Shown here one piece after another: positions 38,987 to 46,134 of a stretch of 64,000 bases of DNA. The DNA lies in IMG/VR virus record IMGVR_UViG_3300027759_000081; one strand, 5' to 3'. This stretch comes from an uncultured virus (IMG/VR IMGVR_UViG_3300027759_000081). Taxonomy: Duplodnaviria > Heunggongvirae > Uroviricota > Caudoviricetes. The notes beneath the pieces were generated by a model. It worked only from the letters and a program-made list of their open reading frames with translations. It was not told the DNA's origin and did not search any database. The position numbers were made by a program, and so were the translations under genes. Every line of letters starts with the position of its first letter. Position 1 is the first letter of the stretch.

Positions 38987-39531
38987 AGATTTGAAAGGCC
39001 GTAGATAAATGCGTTAACCTGACCTGAACGATCGATTTTCTGATTAGAGATAAAGTTATCTAACCAATAAGTAAGCACATTGGGATGTTCTTTCTCGAAC
39101 TTACTAAGCAGTCGCATATACCCGTCGTAAATACTTGCGTACACAGAAGGGTCGTATGGGTGGTCAGGGTCTTGATTCTTAGCATGCTCCTCAATAGCAT
39201 TAGCACGCATGCAAAAGATATACACGGCATGAGGTTTTAGAAGTTCTATAAACTGGTCGACTGGAGTTGAAGGACGACCACGAAGAGCAGTGCCATAGAC
39301 TACATCGCTTGGCCACAATCTGTCGAACACTATCGTGCGACCTTGTTCTACATTTACAATCGCATTATGAATAGCGTTAAGCTGGTACAATGCCATGGCA
39401 TCGTGATCTACTAAACCTTTGCCAGCAGTCATGTGCCAGTATGTAGCGTTAAGGCGGTATGCAATAGATTTAGCCAGGGTTGTTTTGCCGCAGTTGTCTG
39501 GGCCTTCTACAATAATGATTTTCGGTCTCAT
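38983..39531 (-). CDS. Deoxynucleoside monophosphate kinase (thymidylate kinase-like P-loop)
   Basis: IIIVEGPDNCGKTT and FDRLWPSDVVYG; ATGA-coupled to the TS-like gene. Confidence 0.85.
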   Translation of the reverse strand: MRPKIIIVEGPDNCGKTTLAKSIAYRLNATYWHMTAGKGLVDHDAMALYQLNAIHNAIVNVEQGRTIVFDRLWPSDVVYGTALRGRPSTPVDQFIELLKPHAVYIFCMRANAIEEHAKNQDPDHPYDPSVYASIYDGYMRLLSKFEKEHPNVLTYWLDNFISNQKIDRSGQVNAFIYGLSNL

Positions 39532-39992
39532 ACTAGGTCGCTATGATCAGGGCCGTTCCAGCCTTGGGGTTTAATGATGTCGAAGCCAGATCCATACTTT
39601 GAATTAGTAGGATTGCCACGTTGTTTTTCCATGTTAGCAGTGTGTACACGCTTCCAGGCTTCAGCAAAGTCCCAGCCGCGTCGGTATGCAGTACCCAATG
39701 CAATGTACATAATGTCGACAAGCGCATCAAGAGTTTCCTCGTCATCTTCATCTTCTACAGCTTCCGCGTACTCTTCGGCTTCATCAGCCAAACGAAGATG
39801 GCGTAATTCCCATTCTTCAATGGTCATCTTGTCGCGATTTTTGCTTAACCAGTTGTCAAGCATATCGCCATCAGGTTGTTGCTCAGATGCAACAGCAACC
39901 TTGCTATTATTCTGTTCAAGCCCGAACTTCTCGTGGAAGCGGGCAATATCGGTTAATGGAGTAAACTCCTGATTTGTATTAAACGCGTTCAT
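39528..39992 (-). CDS. MazG-like / PRA-PH family nucleoside-triphosphate pyrophosphohydrolase
   Basis: FHEKFG, DEAEEY.EA......ETLDALVDIMYIALG, AWKRVHTANMEK, IIKPQGW..PD. Confidence 0.85.
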   Translation of the reverse strand: MNAFNTNQEFTPLTDIARFHEKFGLEQNNSKVAVASEQQPDGDMLDNWLSKNRDKMTIEEWELRHLRLADEAEEYAEAVEDEDDEETLDALVDIMYIALGTAYRRGWDFAEAWKRVHTANMEKQRGNPTNSKYGSGFDIIKPQGWNGPDHSDLV

Positions 39993-40097
39993 ATATTTAT
40001 TGGAGAGTATTAGCCGCTAACGGCGGCAAGTCGCTGAGTGTAGGATATTATAGACCGCTTGATTCAGCTCTCGGTCTTCCACACACATTATGGAAAT

Positions 40098-40973
40098 TTA
40101 CCGGGACATATCTTTCCAATGCTCGGATGAGCCCCAAGGCGCCTGGCAGTCTTTGACGTGTGCCCATCCGTTATCTAGTTGTGGAAGTTCATTTGCTCTT
40201 GGATGCCGCAGTTCCCACAAGCAGTTGCGTGATTGTGCTGGGAACATAGGAGCAAAGATAGTAGAAAGCACGTTAGTGTCGTAGTACTCACGAAGGTCGT
40301 TGAACACTTCTAAGTACTGAGGAGACATGTGCGGTTTGTAATCACTGATTGAAGCGAATGTTCCGTGCACATCCTCGATATGGAAGCCAGTCTCACAGAG
40401 CATACCACCGAACGCGGCGTATGTCATCTCGTTAACATGGTTAGCAGCACAGGACTTATAATCCCAGCAGGGAGTAGAGATCCACACGCGGCCCATATTA
40501 GGATCGATAAGGCGTAGCATACTGTCAAGCATTTCCTTAAGCATTACCGGCTCAACGTGCTCAGCAACCTCAAAGCAAACAATATCTGTAATGTTGCCCT
40601 CTAGACCCTGACACCGGTTGTCTACGAAATCCCTGCAGAATAGTGTATGCGGATATAAGGTAGTTACTTCACCCATCTTACCCTTACGAGCAGCCTCGAC
40701 AGAGTCTGGGAGCATTTGACCAGCGTCGATGCCGATGTATTGCTTTGGAATCATCTTGCTGGAGTACAGGGTCTTGGCAAATGGGAGCTCACGTCCACAT
40801 CCGATATCCATGATACGAGCTGTAGCATAACGCTTTTGCTCCATCATTCGCTTCATTACATGCGACCATCGAAAGCAGTGAGCAATGTAGTCGCGGTGTA
40901 GGAATCCTCTCTTTTCGGCCTGATCAATACTGAGGAAGGTAGTATCGACAGATTTGCCTCGTTCGTTTGCCAT
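40098..40973 (-). CDS. Class I SAM-dependent methyltransferase (small-molecule/O-methyltransferase-like)
   Basis: H.FRW, motif I IMDIGCG, YIGID, CFEVAEHV, ISTP...HVNE; no DPPY/NPPY or PC motif typical of DNA MTases. Confidence 0.8.
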   Translation of the reverse strand: MANERGKSVDTTFLSIDQAEKRGFLHRDYIAHCFRWSHVMKRMMEQKRYATARIMDIGCGRELPFAKTLYSSKMIPKQYIGIDAGQMLPDSVEAARKGKMGEVTTLYPHTLFCRDFVDNRCQGLEGNITDIVCFEVAEHVEPVMLKEMLDSMLRLIDPNMGRVWISTPCWDYKSCAANHVNEMTYAAFGGMLCETGFHIEDVHGTFASISDYKPHMSPQYLEVFNDLREYYDTNVLSTIFAPMFPAQSRNCLWELRHPRANELPQLDNGWAHVKDCQAPWGSSEHWKDMSR

Positions 40974-40974
40974 A

Positions 40975-41298
40975 TTAGTTGTCTGTTATTTGTGTTTGTG
41001 GTTTACCGTTAACATAGAGCTCAATATCCGCGCAAAATACCCCATCGCTATCTAGGGATATTTTACCATCGAATTCTGCATGCTCCATTATATCGAGAAA
41101 GTTTTCTATGCGCAATGTGATTTTAGGACCGAAGGTGGCACACATGGCAAAGAACAAGTCGCGTTGTGAAGCAAGACTTTTCTCTGCAGCCACTAGTTCT
41201 TCTTGGAGTTCTTTATAGGCGGTTTGAATTTGCTTGTTAGCAGCCTGAAGGCTTTTATTATGGCTAAACAATTGATTCATGCGTTCTTGTGTCGTCAT
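40975..41298 (-). CDS. Hypothetical protein (coiled-coil N-terminus)
   Basis: 107-aa ORF, tightly packed upstream of the methyltransferase. Confidence 0.6.
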   Translation of the reverse strand: MTTQERMNQLFSHNKSLQAANKQIQTAYKELQEELVAAEKSLASQRDLFFAMCATFGPKITLRIENFLDIMEHAEFDGKISLDSDGVFCADIELYVNGKPQTQITDN

Positions 41299-41304
41299 GT
41301 TTTA

Positions 41305-41333
41305 ATAGTATATCCCCGTTTTATCTTAGTAAA
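41305..41333 (-). promoter_or_regulatory. Putative sigma70-type promoter for the methyltransferase/nucleotide operon
   Basis: Minus strand TTTACT-17 nt-TACTAT just upstream of the ATG at 41298. Confidence 0.4.
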
Positions 41334-41353
41334 TATAAATTTGTCCGTTCAGT

Positions 41354-41388
41354 AAACAAAGAACCCCCACCGTTTCCGGCAGGGGTCT
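41354..41388 (-). terminator. Probable intrinsic terminator
   Basis: Imperfect GC stem ACCCC..CCG / CGG..GGGGT with an A-rich tract on its left (U-rich on the minus strand), after the gene ending at 41414. Confidence 0.55.
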
Positions 41389-41413
41389 TCGATTATTTGC
41401 GTTTAGCTACACG

Positions 41414-41821
41414 TTATGCCGTTGGGGCTTCCGCTGGGACTTCGGATTTAGTAGGGGACTCAATGGTCACGAATCCTTTTTCCGTCAGCGTTTTCTGGTA
41501 GTAGCTCAGGATGCGGCCTTGTGGTTGGCGGGTAGTAACCACGCCGTCCATTTGGGCCACAAGATCCTTGCGGGTAAGACCTGCAGGACCTGCAGCCTTA
41601 ACAATGTTTGCGATAGCTTGCGCTTGTGGTGCGAGCTTGTTGTTGACGTCTTTGTCGTCAGGTTGTGGATCGACCGTGCGAAAGATGTCGCTTTCCTTGG
41701 TCGATTGACCGGCGGGACGACCGACTTTCTTCGGTGCAGTTTCTTTCTTACCTGCAGTCTTATCAGGAGCTGCGGGTGGTGTAGCGGTATTCTCAGTTGC
41801 GGTTGTATTTTTCTTAGCCAT
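41414..41821 (-). CDS. Putative winged-helix DNA-binding protein, paralog 1
   Basis: Basic low-complexity N-terminus (KKVGRP) plus PQAQAI....LTRKDL....TTRQPQGRILSYYQKTL..KG. Confidence 0.55.
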   Translation of the reverse strand: MAKKNTTATENTATPPAAPDKTAGKKETAPKKVGRPAGQSTKESDIFRTVDPQPDDKDVNNKLAPQAQAIANIVKAAGPAGLTRKDLVAQMDGVVTTRQPQGRILSYYQKTLTEKGFVTIESPTKSEVPAEAPTA

Positions 41822-41934
41822 TGTCTTATTTTCTTTTTGTTGTTTGTGAAATGCGATAGTTAGTCGCGAGAAGGTAATAGTAGTGTGTAGAAGTTGCTTG
41901 TATACTTAAAAATAACAGACTTTCCAAATATTTT

Positions 41935-42114
41935 TCAGTCAGAAATTATTGAATAGTAGCAATGCAGTTCGTCTGACTTCCATATTTCGTAGTTACCTGA
42001 TCCAGATACGTGGACGCGTACCCAATCAGTAGCTGGTGGTGTAGTGTTCGGATTAGTACCTAAGTCCATGTATCCGGCTTTTATCATTTCGGTTGTCGTC
42101 GTAATAGAGCTCAT
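41935..42114 (-). CDS. Small hypothetical protein (59 aa, not in the ORF track)
   Basis: Translated by hand: MSSITTTTEMIKAGYMDLG...YYSIISD; starts 4 nt after the upstream stop and fills the gap. Confidence 0.5.
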   Translation of the reverse strand: MSSITTTTEMIKAGYMDLGTNPNTTPPATDWVRVHVSGSGNYEIWKSDELHCYYSIISD

Positions 42115-42118
42115 ATTA

Positions 42119-42748
42119 TTATTCTACAAATTCGAGTTTACCTGCCTTAATAAGAGCGGGTCTATAGTATTGAAAGATGCGGAATGGATCTTGCTTTGTC
42201 TTCAGCAATCCACTGTCGCGTAAGCGATCCATAAGCTCGCGCACGTCAGACTCACTAACGAATTCCTTATCAGAATCCTGATGTAAGCCTATAAGTGCAC
42301 GATGAACTATAATCGCCTGATTCTGCATGTGGACATCGTTAGAACCTTCGATCGCCCTGTACCCACGACGATCAAGACTTCTCTTGCGCTCACGCTGTCC
42401 AGTATGATCGTTAATGACTGCACCAGTGCGGTATGTAGTAGAGCGATCATTGGCGCGCATATACAGCTTACCCCAGATTGCCTTAGTCAGGGTCTTCTTA
42501 GGAGCATTCTTGAGTGCAGGTCGTTGGTACATAGCAAGGTAAATGCTGTGTAGCTCTTCGACATCTTCGTCATTGTAGCCGTCGTCGTAGTCTTCCCAGT
42601 TCTGGTACTCTTCACGACGCATCATAATGAATATGCGATCTTCCCATAAGTCGAAGCGAAACCATTCGTTCGTGTTGTTTTTAACCAACACTGCGGCGAG
42701 CATCTTCTCAGTGATAGGGAAGTCGTAGCTGGAATTAGTCTTCTCCAT
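42119..42748 (-). CDS. Putative winged-helix DNA-binding protein, paralog 2
   Basis: C-terminal NQAIIV....VSESDV....LKTKQDPFRIFQYYRPALIKAG. Start chosen at MEKTNSS, preceded by GGAGG. Confidence 0.55.
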   Translation of the reverse strand: MEKTNSSYDFPITEKMLAAVLVKNNTNEWFRFDLWEDRIFIMMRREEYQNWEDYDDGYNDEDVEELHSIYLAMYQRPALKNAPKKTLTKAIWGKLYMRANDRSTTYRTGAVINDHTGQRERKRSLDRRGYRAIEGSNDVHMQNQAIIVHRALIGLHQDSDKEFVSESDVRELMDRLRDSGLLKTKQDPFRIFQYYRPALIKAGKLEFVE

Positions 42749-43130
42749 AGTTACCTCCGGGTTCAGGGTTACCTGCTGGCGATATGGAACATTCGAAGCA
42801 GCTACCGCCTTGTAGCGGCATGCCACACTGTCCGCATATACGCTTTGCATTGGAGTCGGACACTAAGTCGCGGAGCTTCGGTGGAAGATCGTCCGGATTG
42901 ATCGTCCGCTCCAACGGCTTTGGGACTGAGACATGGGTCGCATCTTCTACGAGCCGTGGCAAGACTCCCTCCCTGCGCTCGACAGGGTCAGGGTCTTGTA
43001 GTAAATCGATGTAGTGAGGATCGATTTTGACGGTCATTACCTGACCGGGTGTGTATGCGATCAGGCGGAACCCATTCGCATTTGCTATAGACTGGAGAGC
43101 GTCCAGTACGGTGTTTTGTTGTGGTGTCAT
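42735..43130 (-). CDS. Hypothetical protein with C-terminal zinc ribbon
   Basis: CGQCGMPLQGGSCFEC. Confidence 0.55.
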   Translation of the reverse strand: MTPQQNTVLDALQSIANANGFRLIAYTPGQVMTVKIDPHYIDLLQDPDPVERREGVLPRLVEDATHVSVPKPLERTINPDDLPPKLRDLVSDSNAKRICGQCGMPLQGGSCFECSISPAGNPEPGGNYGED

Positions 43131-43133
43131 ATA

Positions 43134-43283
43134 TTAGAGAGTGTAACAACCACAGCATGGTGCATCTTCACAATCGCAGATGCGTCCATCCTGTGGGCGG
43201 TTATTTGGTTCATAGTCACGTTCGTATTCACGGTCCCAATTATGGTCCTCTGATTCAATGTCTGGTTTATGCGGTGCGTTCAT
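43134..43283 (-). CDS. Small acidic Cys-rich protein (49 aa, not in the ORF track)
   Basis: Translated by hand: MNAPHKPDIESEDHNWDREYERDYEPNNRPQDGRICDCEDAPCCGCYTL. Confidence 0.6.
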   Translation of the reverse strand: MNAPHKPDIESEDHNWDREYERDYEPNNRPQDGRICDCEDAPCCGCYTL

Positions 43284-43383
43284 AGATTTATATAGTGTAA
43301 ACTAGAATGACACCAGGGGAAATTTAAATGTATCACATACATCCTTTTTATCCCTGGTGTCTCTCTGTAGGTACAAGTATTGC

Positions 43384-43626
43384 CTATAACTTTGTAGGAA
43401 CTAACACTTGGTGTGTATGTTCAAACATTTGTACGACGTAACCTCGTGGCACTTTCGTGCACATAAACACTGCTGGTACAAGCGTGTTCTTTTTATTTAT
43501 GGTTGCGGTTATTAGTTTACCGTCTGGTATATCTACAGTATTGTCTTGTTTTACTACAGCAGTCGGTCCGTATTTCTGTGCTACTATTTGTTCTATGTAT
43601 TGTTCGATCATATGCGTTGTATCCAT
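43384..43626 (-). CDS. Hypothetical early protein
   Basis: In-strand ORF (track 43384..43650); start uncertain. Confidence 0.5.
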   Translation of the reverse strand: MDTTHMIEQYIEQIVAQKYGPTAVVKQDNTVDIPDGKLITATINKKNTLVPAVFMCTKVPRGYVVQMFEHTHQVLVPTKL

Positions 43627-43976
43627 TGTTCTCTGATTGGTGTTTCCCATTCTACAAATTCAAATACGTCATAAAACGTATTCTCGCTTATAGATAAAAG
43701 TATTTCGTCTAGTGTGTTATTCGATGTCCACATCTCCTGCTCTTCAGGAAAGAAATAGTAGCCTGCACCAGTGCCTTGGCTTGCTTCCCAGATGATGTAT
43801 TTGTAGCGCGGATCATTGTCCACACCTACGAGCAGCCATGTATGCGCGTGCCCGTCTTTTTTATTATGCAGCTTATTGATAAGAGCATAGGATCTTGCAC
43901 CCTGTAGCAGGGATTTGCGGTTAAACTTTTCTCTTAGTTCTTCCGCTGTGAGTGGCGTGTATATAATTGCACTCAT
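43608..43976 (-). CDS. Hypothetical early protein
   Basis: 122-aa in-strand ORF, tightly packed. Confidence 0.55.
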   Translation of the reverse strand: MSAIIYTPLTAEELREKFNRKSLLQGARSYALINKLHNKKDGHAHTWLLVGVDNDPRYKYIIWEASQGTGAGYYFFPEEQEMWTSNNTLDEILLSISENTFYDVFEFVEWETPIREQWIQRI

Positions 43977-43977
43977 A

Positions 43978-44250
43978 TTAGTTGTACATAATGCCTACGG
44001 TCTTGCAATGGTGTTCCCACAGGCTAATAGCAAGCTCGTTTACTTGTTCGAGGAAGTATACGACTGATATTGTACCTGATTTTGCACTTACTGCTAAACA
44101 GGTCATTTGTACGATTGAAAGCATTTCGAATCTACCGTCGAGTTCTAATTCATGGTTAAACAGGCATTCTGTCATCTGCTCGATAAGCTTGTGACTATCA
44201 TCGTGATGTTCTTGTATTACTGCGTATAAGCGATTTTTTAATGAGTTCAT
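43978..44250 (-). CDS. Hypothetical early protein
   Basis: In-strand ORF; start chosen at MNSLKNR (the track extends it to 44349). Confidence 0.5.
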   Translation of the reverse strand: MNSLKNRLYAVIQEHHDDSHKLIEQMTECLFNHELELDGRFEMLSIVQMTCLAVSAKSGTISVVYFLEQVNELAISLWEHHCKTVGIMYN

Positions 44251-44370
44251 GTTATTGCGGTTGGTTATTGATTGTGATACCCGTCTAATAACGGGCAACG
44301 AGCTCATAATAGTATATGTAGAATCTATGTACATTAAAAAGGTACACACCAGGATATATTTATCAATGTA

Positions 44371-44404
44371 TATTACCGATTATTACCTTGTTATTACCGA
44401 TTAT
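44371..44404. repeat. Two direct copies of the 13-mer TATTACCGATTAT, 21 bp apart
   Basis: Exact copies at 44371-44383 and 44392-44404; reverse-complement copies at 33452-33464 (exact) and 46019-46031 (1 mismatch). Confidence 0.85.
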
Positions 44405-44899
44405 ATTATGGATAATTACCAGCGTGACAGACGTTTTCGGGAGCGATAAACTTTGTAAGTTGTTTAGAGTCAATGACTTAGGGTTTTCCCTTATACACTT
44501 TTCAGTCTGGTAAGGGTGCAAGTTATTATGGTTATTATGACTTTGGGTCATTATTATACTTTTTTAATTTTTCTTCCATGGAGTTGCCAGAGATTGGTAA
44601 ACTTAAGTGGTTCATAGAGACCCTGAATGAGTAAATTGAAATAATTGATCAAAAATGATAATATCATAATATAATTATTTATAAGCAGTTAATAGTCAAT
44701 GACTTATAAATAATTTGATCCTAATAACCAGATAATAATTCGTAATAACAATGAGTTATCTTATAATATAACACTTCTACATGGGCAGTGAATTATTGTT
44801 GCTGGGCAGTTGGCAGCGGATGACGGAGTAGGCAGTTGGTGGAAGGACCGTGGTCGATGGCAACACTCCTCTGTTCACTATCCAAGCCAAAACTGCACG

Positions 44900-44933
44900 A
44901 AAAAAAGGCCACCCAGCTTGCGCCGAGTGGCCT
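44900..44933 (-). terminator. Intrinsic terminator
   Basis: AGGCCAC / GTGGCCT stem with an A7 tract on its left (U7 on the minus strand), just after the gene ending at 44948. Confidence 0.7.
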
Positions 44934-44947
44934 CGATTCGTGTTTCC

Positions 44948-45334
44948 TTATGCGATTACGCGCTCTTTGGCGCGGGTCAGCCAACCCTCGTCCTCCATGC
45001 GCTTCTGGTAGAAGGCGTAGATGCGCTCAGGTGTCTGCTTGGTGTTCAGCTTTTCAGCCTCCTCGCCGATCCAGCCGAGAATCTCAGCGCGGGACACGGT
45101 TTTGCCAGCAGCTTTCTCATGAATAATGTCATGGCATGTGAGCATCTGTTTGGGATACTTCATTGCAGGGTCAACAATCTTGTCATTGATGGTGACAAAA
45201 TAAACCAACTTGCCTGCATCAGCAGTGGTTGCCGGACCTAGGTCAGCAATCAATGCTTCGATTGCTGCGGTCATTTCTGATTTGTTCATTGCAGTCATTG
45301 ATTGCAATGCCGATACGATTTCATGTCTCTTCAT
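44948..45334 (-). CDS. Putative winged-helix DNA-binding protein, paralog 3
   Basis: PKQMLTC....VSRAEIL....LNTKQTPERIYAFYQKRM..EG; has its own promoter and terminator. Start chosen at MKRHEIV (track 45373). Confidence 0.55.
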   Translation of the reverse strand: MKRHEIVSALQSMTAMNKSEMTAAIEALIADLGPATTADAGKLVYFVTINDKIVDPAMKYPKQMLTCHDIIHEKAAGKTVSRAEILGWIGEEAEKLNTKQTPERIYAFYQKRMEDEGWLTRAKERVIA

Positions 45335-45390
45335 ATATGTGTGTGTATTTATGTTTTTCTCACGGAGAGGCATTTTTGCCGCTCGTTTTT

Positions 45391-45418
45391 ATTATACCCA
45401 ATCATGGGAATTCGTAAA
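45391..45418 (-). promoter_or_regulatory. Putative sigma70-type early promoter
   Basis: Minus strand TTTACG-16 nt-TATAAT, with an AT-rich region upstream. Confidence 0.5.
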
Positions 45419-45528
45419 CAATTATTTTTGTACGCAAAACGTAACTCATTCATATTCAATTACTTACGACCAAATTTATTTTTTTTATTTAATTAAGAAA
45501 GCTTAACCAATATGCACATGGAAGACAA

Positions 45529-45670
45529 GCGCGCGTGCGTGTGCGTGCGTACGCGAGTTGAGGCAGGCGCGTACGCGAATTGAGGCGCACGCGCGTAACG
45601 CATACGTGCGCGAGTTGAGGCGCGTGCGCGCGCGAGTTGAGGCGCGTGCGCGCGTGCGAGTTGAGGCGTG
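45529..45670. repeat. Five GCGA(G/A)TTGAGGC units embedded in alternating purine-pyrimidine (CG/TG/CA) tracts
   Basis: Units start at 45553, 45575, 45610, 45632 and 45656 (spacings 22, 35, 22, 24). Confidence 0.9.
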
Positions 45671-46134
45671 GACCGGCCTGGGGGGCCTTTTCACTTCGCG
45701 CGGAGTATGATACGGACCCATATAAAAATTCCGGGAAATCTGGCGCATGATTCGGATATCGTAAACCGTCACCCGCAGAGCTTGAGGATATAGGGATAAT
45801 ATAAGATATTACGGATTATTATGTAAGTTATTGGATCGGTTTATTTATAAGTCATTGACTATCAAGACCTTCCGTAGGCTAGTATTAGGGTTATTATCAT
45901 TTTTGATTAAAATCGAAAATAAAAAAATAATTGATAAAAAAGTCCTAATAGGTAATATAATAGTTATAAGTCATTGACTATCAATCACTTACAAAGGTCT
46001 GGTCGTAATAACACAATAATAGTCGGTAATACATTTCTAATTATGTGTACAGACAGGGTCTTGAACACTGACCCTCCGAAGCTTTTATATTTACTTTTGT
46101 AACCAGAATTTGGTTAAATATGCACCTATAGACT

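Larger units (their letters stand above)
44648..45907. repeat. Imperfect ~100-bp inverted repeat (arms 44648-44747 and 45807-45907)
   Basis: Exact 22-bp block (44692-44713 vs 45841-45862) and exact 16-bp block (44648-44663 vs 45892-45907) at matching spacing (28 vs 29 bp), plus a further ~35 bp of similarity. Confidence 0.8.
44456..45991. repeat. Five 25-bp imperfect palindromes, consensus TAAGTCATTGA-N3-TCAATGACTTA
   Basis: 44456-44480, 44682-44706, 45442-45466, 45848-45872, 45967-45991. Confidence 0.85.

Noticed and set aside
40098..40973. Standard DNA adenine or cytosine methyltransferase
   Set aside because: No DPPY/NPPY/SPPY or C5-MTase PC/ENV motif order; the EHV...STP pattern fits small-molecule methyltransferases.
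44705..44712. T4 late promoter TATAAATA in the podovirus part
   Set aside because: It is part of the AT-rich inverted-repeat arm, with no + strand gene downstream; likely chance.
45529..45670. CRISPR-like array
   Set aside because: Repeats are only 12 bp, spacers are 10-23 bp of low-complexity CG alternation, and no cas genes are present.
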